NCBI RefSeq assembly: GCF_046119375.1
Contig: NW_027362769.1
Location: 143,406,001-143,470,000 of the forward strand
Origin: Phyllobates terribilis
Taxonomy: Eukaryota
Direction: 5' to 3'
DNA: 64,000 bases
Shown here: one piece after another, positions 58,191 through 64,000 of the stretch
How positions within the stretch are numbered: position 1 is the stretch's first letter
Layout: each line of letters begins with the position of its first letter
Translations under genes and position numbers: made by a program
The notes under the pieces: model-generated
Databases searched by the model: none
Told to the model about the DNA's origin: nothing
The model's input: only the letters and a program-made list of their open reading frames with translations

Positions 58191-60475
58191 TGTTTTCAAA
58201 AGTAAAGAAAAAAATGACGACGATATGGTGACTAGTGTTGAGTGCAAGTGCTTGCTACTTGAGTTTTCATCGGGTGCTCGGGTATGCACAGAGTATCACG
58301 GGTGCTCGAGTGACATGCTTGAGTCTCGGCCCCATATGTTTTGCAGCTGTTATACAGCCAGAAAGCCTAGCAGGGATTGCCTGCAATGTACGAGCGATCC
58401 CTGCCATGTTTTTTTGGGGTGTCTAATAATTGTGAAACATGCAGAACGGGGACTTGAGCATGTCATTTGACCACCCGTGATACATGGTGTATACCTGAGT
58501 ACCCAATACAAACTCAAGTAGTGAGCAAATGCGCTTTTTTATTTAAATTTTACATTCAAAAAGTCAAATCACTCTCCTTCCCTTCCGAATCCTGCCGTGC
58601 GCCCAAACAGTGGTTTTCTCCCACATATGGGGTATCAGCATACTCAGGAGAAATTGCACATCAAGTTGCATGGTGCAATTTCTCCTGTTACCCTTATGAA
58701 AATGCAAAATTGGGGGCTGAAAAAACATTTTTGTGAGAAAAATGTGAACATTTTATTTTTACGGCTCAATGTTATAAACTTCTGTGAAGCACCTGGGGGT
58801 TCAAGGTGTTCCCCACACATCTAGATAAGTTCCCTGAGGGGTCTAGTTTGCAAAATGGTGTCACTTGTGGGGGATTTCCACTCTTTAGGCACATCAGAAG
58901 CTCGCCAAACGCGTTGTGGCGTCCGCTAATTAGTCAAACAAATTTTACATTCAAAAAGTCAAATGGTGCTCCTTCCCTTCCGAGCCCCGCCATGTGCCCA
59001 AACAGTATTTTTTTCCCCACTTATGGGGTATCTGCGTGCTCAGGAGAAATCGCACAACAAATTTTGGGGTCCATTTTTTCCTGTTACCATTACGAAAATA
59101 AAAAAAATTGGGGCTAAAGTAACATTTTTGTCCAAAAAAAAAATGTTAATTTTTTCCTTCCACATTCCAAAAATTCCTGTGAAGCACCTGAAGGGTTAAT
59201 AAACTTCTTGAATGTGGCTTTGAGTACCTTGAGGGGTGCAGTTTTTAGAATGGTGTCACTTTTGGGTATTTTCTGTCATAAAGGCCCCTCAGAGTCACTT
59301 CAAATATGATGTGCTCCCTCAAAAAATGGTTTTGTAAATTTTGTTGGAAAAATGAGAAATCGCTGGTCAACTTTTAACCCTTTTAACCCTTATAACTTGC
59401 TAACTAAATTTTTTCTTCCAAAATTATGCTGATGTAAAGTAGACATGTGGGAAATGTTATTTATTAACTATTTTGTGTGACATATCTCTCTGATTTAAGG
59501 GCATGAAAATTCAAATTTTGAAAATTGTGAAATTTTAAATTTTTTGCCAAATTTCCGTTTTGTTCACAAACACAAGCGATATCGAAGAAATTTTACCACT
59601 ATCATGAAGTACAATATGTCATAAAAAAACAATCTCAGAATCAGTGGGATTCATTGAAGCGTTCCAGAGTTATTACCTCATAAATTGACAGTGGTCAGAA
59701 TTGGCCCAGTCATTAACGTGCAAACCACCTTGGGGGGTAAAGGGGTTAAACTTGCTTATCTTTTTTTTAAGTAAAATAGTAAAAACAATTCAGAACTTTT
59801 ATAAAAAAATAATTGTTTAGTATTGGAATTTTTTTAGACCCGGAACTTTTTAATATTTCCATTTTGTGGTGTATATGATGTTGTGATTCTTTTTCATTAC
59901 ATTGTTTGAGTAGTGTGGCGTTTTGATAGTTTTCTCTTTACAGCATTTATAGTAGGGAGGTGATTTAAATTTTTACATTACTTATTTACATTTTTAACCT
60001 TTTTTTTCTTTATTCTCCCTAGAGGGTTTGAACCTGTGATCGTTTGATGTACTATGTACTGCAATATTACTGTGGCTAGGCTTCACAGGAAGACAAAGAT
60101 GGCAGCCATGGGGGACTTCAGCAGGATTCCCGCTAATATGACAACCCCTTTGGTAGCCCATGATCGTGCCGTGTGGGGCCGTTGGGAGCCAGAGTGAGTG
60201 CATATTGGCAATCTCATCATTTAAATGTCGCTTTCAGGGATGAATATCAGGATTTAGAAATAAGCCAGAAGTGATCGGAGCCAGCGTTCATGTGTTTTCA
60301 ATGGGAAGAGCAGAGCAACCCGCTGCCAGACAGCTCCAGAGCGCAAAAGGGATGGTTGATTCAACTATTGGGTCCCAACATACATTAGATTGTAGGCAAT
60401 CCCAACAATACCGGTGGGTACAGCTGGCTTTAATTTAATGTTATGGGGACTATACAGCTAATTTTAAAGGGACAT

Positions 60476-61060
60476 TGTCATCGCATTGAGTGATGACTTA
60501 TCGTTAGGATACACTATCTATCTGGACCTGTTCCAGCGACGTCTGCTTCTGTCACCAGGCACCCACTGTATTCACCCTGCGGGAAGTGCTGATGATGGAG
60601 GAGATGTTATTATTCGGAGGCACCGGCACTGTCTAGCCAGAGATACTGGTGTGGCAGCTCAACAGGTGTAATCAACTCCCTTCTGTGGCCAATGGGGCCG
60701 TACCTGACCCTACATAGTCTTGCAGAACACTGTGAGTAGTTGCCAGTTATTTCTTGGATTTTCCTGATGCTATTCCTGATGCCCTTATTCTGATTCTGAC
60801 CCAGCTTGTGACCATGGCCAAGTTTTTTCCTTAATCCCTCCAGACTCTGACCCTCGCTAGCCTGACTTTCCTTTTAATGACCACCTGATATCTGACCCTG
60901 ACTGTGGTTTTGTCTCCTATTTCTGTCCATCCAGTACCTTGAGCCACTAATTATGACTCCTCTAGCCAGCAGCTACTTGGTAGATGCAACCCAGGGGCCC
61001 TGTTGTATATCCAAATCCCTGTATAAGGATTAAAGGTTGAAGGCCAGTATTCCTATGATA
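60476..61060. mobile_element. Probable degenerate solo LTR
   Basis: Begins TGTCA; contains ctgaccc-type short repeats and a gg(a)ttaaaggttgaag block of the kind seen in amphibian Gypsy LTRs. Ends and TSD not resolved. Confidence 0.3.
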
Positions 61061-61419
61061 TCTGTGCTATATACCTTTTTTGAGGTTACAGCCTCAGAGA
61101 GATTTAATCAGTTTATGATCGGTGAGGTTCTGACTTCTAATCCCCCACCAATCTTGGGATAAAAGGGCCACAGCCAGGGGCGTACATAGAAGTCATGGGG
61201 CCCCATAGCAGAAGCTCTAATTGCCCCCCCCCCTACAAAAAAATAAATATTTGTCAGTGTCACAGAAGAGCAGATCTCATAACTTTCCAGCCTTTACATA
61301 GTAATTTACCTCCTTCTGAAGTCGTAGATTCCTCCTTCGTTGCCGCCATAAAGTATGATACCAACAAAAGTGCCCCCCAAACAGTATGATACCCCTATGG
61401 TGCATTCCTCCACATGCAC

Positions 61420-61940
61420 AGTATAATGACCCTATTGTACCCCACTTCAACTCCCACGGCAAAGTATGGTGACCCTAACACAGTATGATCCCCCAACTGT
61501 GACTCCCACACAGCCCACCATACACTCTCATGGCCCCCACACAGCCCTCCAAACAGTATAATGGCCCCCACACAGCCCTCCAAACAGTATAATGACCCCA
61601 CACAAACATTCACACTGTATAATTGCTTTCATACAGTATAATGGCCCCCCACATAGCCCTCAAAATATTATAATGGCCCCACATAGCCTTCAATATAATA
61701 TAATGCACCACCAATAATCTTCCGTATAGTATAATGCGCCCCCATAATCCTCCATATAGTATAATGCTCCCCCCATAAACCTCCATATAGTATAATGCGC
61801 CCCCCATAATCCTCCATAAAGTATAATGAACTTCCCATGGTCCTCCATAGAATATAATGCACTCCCCATAGTCCTCCATACAGTATACTACACACCCCAT
61901 AGGGTAAAATGCAGCCCCCATATAGCATAATGCACGCCAC
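61420..61940 (+). repeat. Degenerate ~30-bp tandem array (agtataatg...cccccacatag...)
   Basis: Recurring agtataatg(g)ccccc motif. Confidence 0.8.
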
Positions 61941-61984
61941 AGTCCTGCAGTATTATGGGCACCACGTACTCACTGATTTTAAAA

Positions 61985-64000
61985 TACTGTATATTTTAAA
62001 TAAGCCGACCCGAATATAAGTCGAGGCCCCTAATTTTACCACATAAAAATGGGAAAACCTATTGACTTGAGTATAAGCCTAGGGTGGGAAATGCAGCAGC
62101 TACTGGTAAATTTCCCCATCCTCGTATGTGTGGCCCCCTCAATCCCACAATCCCTGGTATGTGTGGCCCCCACAATCCCTGGTATGTGTGGCCCCCACAA
62201 TCCCTGGTATGTGTGGCCCCCACAATCCCTGGTATGTGTAGCCTCCTCAATCCCCAAATCCTGGTATGTGTGGCCTCCTCAATCCCCCAATTCTGGTATG
62301 TGTGGCCTCCTCAATCCCCCATTCCTGGTATGTGTGGCCTCCTCAATCCACCATTCCTGGTATGTGTAGCCTCCTCAACCCCCCAATCCTGGTATGTGTG
62401 GCCTCCTCAACCCCCCATTCCTGGTATGTGTGGCCTCCTCAACCCCCCAATCCTGGTATGTGTGGCCTCCTCAATCCCCCATTCCTGGTATGTGTGGCTT
62501 CCTCAACCCCCCAATCCTGGTATGTGTGGCCTCCTCAATCCCCCATTCCTGGTATGTGTGGCCTCCTCAATCCCCCAATCCTGGTATGTGTGGCCTCCTC
62601 AATCCCCCAATCCTGGTATGTGTAGCCTCCTCAATCCATTTATCCTGGTATGTGTGGCTTCCTCAATCCCCCAATCCTGGTAAGTGTGGCCTCCTCAATC
62701 CCCAAATCCTGGTATGTGTGGCCTCCTCAATCCAAGTATCCTGGTATGTGTGGCCTCCTCAATCCCCTAATCCCTGGTATGTGTGGCCTCCTCAATCCCC
62801 AAATCCTGGTATGTGTTGCCTCCTCAATCCAAGTATCCTGGTATGTGTGGCCTCCTCAATCCCCCATTCCTGGTATGTGTGGCCTCCTCAATCCAAGTAT
62901 CCTGGTATGTGTGGCCTCCTCAATCCCCCATTCCTGGTATGTGTGGCCTCCTCAATCCCCCATTCCTGGTATGTGTGGCCTCCTCAATCCCCCATTCCTG
63001 GTATGTGTGGCCTCCTCAATCCCCCATTCCTGGTATGTGTGGCCTCCTCAATCCCCCATTCCTGGTATGTGTGGCCTCCTCAACCCCCCAATCCTGGTAT
63101 GTGTGGCCTCCTCAATCCCCCATTCCTGGTATGTGTGGCCTCCTCAATCCCCCAATCCTGGTATGTGTGGCCTCCTCAATCCTCCAATCCTGGTATGTGT
63201 AGCCTCCTCAATCCAAGTATCCTGGTATGTGTGGCCTCCTCAATCCCCCAATCCTGGTATGTGTGGCCTCCTCAATCCAAGTATACTGGTATGTGTGGCC
63301 TCCTCAATCCCCTAATCCCTGGTATGTGTGGCCTCCTCAATCCCCAAATCCTGGTAAGTGTGGCCTCCTCAATCCCCCATTCCTGGTATGTGTGGCCTCC
63401 TCAATCCCCCATTCCTGGTATGTGTGGCCTCCTCAATCCAAGTATCCTGGTATGTGTGGCCTCCTCAATCCCCCATTCCTGGTATGTGTGGCCTCCTCAA
63501 TCCCCCATTCCTGGTATGTGTGGCCTCCTCAATCCCCCATTCCTGGTATGTGTGGCCTCCTCAATCCAAGTATCCTGGTATGTGTGGCCTCCTCAATCCC
63601 CCATTCCTGGTATGTGTGGCCTCCTCAATCCCCCATTCCTGGTATGTGTGGCCTCCTCAATCCAAGTATCCTGGTATGTGTGGCCTCCTCAATCCAAGTA
63701 TTCTGGTATGTGTTGCCTCCTCAATCCAAGTATCCTGGTATGTGTGGCCTCCTCAACCCCCAATCACTGCACACAAAACAATAAACACTTATACTCACCT
63801 GCCTTCCTCACCTCTGCTCCAGCGCTGCGTCCTGTCTGCAGCTGCTGCCGGCACATTCACTCCTCTGCACTGACAGCAGGAGCCGCGGCTCAGCGCTCCT
63901 CTGTGCCCGCTACTAAAGAGAATGAATATTCCGTCTTCTCCACACCCATGGGAGTGGAGAAGAGGGAATATTCATGTCCCTTTAGCAGCGGGCACACGTG
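61985..64000 (+). mobile_element. Probable non-autonomous Tc1/mariner (pogo/Tigger-like) element, left part, carrying a minisatellite
   Basis: Degenerate TA-C(C/T)GTATAT...TAAGCCGACCCGAATATAAG.CGAGG terminus with an internal GAGTATAAGCC repeat; right end not in the window. Confidence 0.4.
62120..63762 (+). repeat. C-rich 32-bp minisatellite (cctggtatgtgtggcctcctcaatcccccatt)n, with 25-bp units at the left end
   Basis: Period 32 (62941, 62973); interspersed caatccaagtat variant of equal length. Confidence 0.95.

Larger units (their letters stand above)
51430..59745. mobile_element. Putative piggyBac-like non-autonomous element or composite, hosting LTR copy 2 and the telomere-like array
   Basis: TTAA at 51426-51429 and 59746-59749; ends CCCCTTTCTGACCCAAGGTG versus rc CCCCTTTACCCCCCAAGGTG; internal ~397-bp tandem units at 58545 and 58941. 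The two ends could belong to separate copies. Confidence 0.5.

Noticed and set aside
62049-63873. Many Pro/Cys/Trp-rich ORFs
   Set aside because: Translations of a 32-bp minisatellite; unit length is not a multiple of 3.

Overview
Vertebrate nuclear DNA, most likely from a frog (inferred from the repeat families present), with one assembly gap at 5199-5331. The only recognisable host gene is GALNT5 on the minus strand: first coding exon 5375-7170, with intron 1 running off the left edge. The remaining ~57 kb upstream is almost entirely transposons and tandem repeats. These include DD34E and DD38E Tc1-like elements, a Tf1/sushi-type chromodomain Gypsy with a self-priming signature, a 5'-truncated Gmr1-type Gypsy (PR-IN-RT-RH order), a Rex1/Babar-like LINE 3' end, solo LTRs, MITEs, minisatellites and a telomere-like array. 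The most striking signal is a recently inserted LTR element family present as two full copies (13275-17569 and 52346-57243) plus a related solo LTR. It has near-identical LTR pairs, a perfect tRNA-Ser primer binding site, a PPT and 4-bp TSDs, but no gag or pol. Instead it carries one long ORF which, in the larger copy, ends in a YBX-like cold-shock domain. That domain sits inside an in-frame 606-bp module bounded by 9-bp direct repeats, and the module is absent from the other copy. All coordinates and counts were read by eye; no searches were run.
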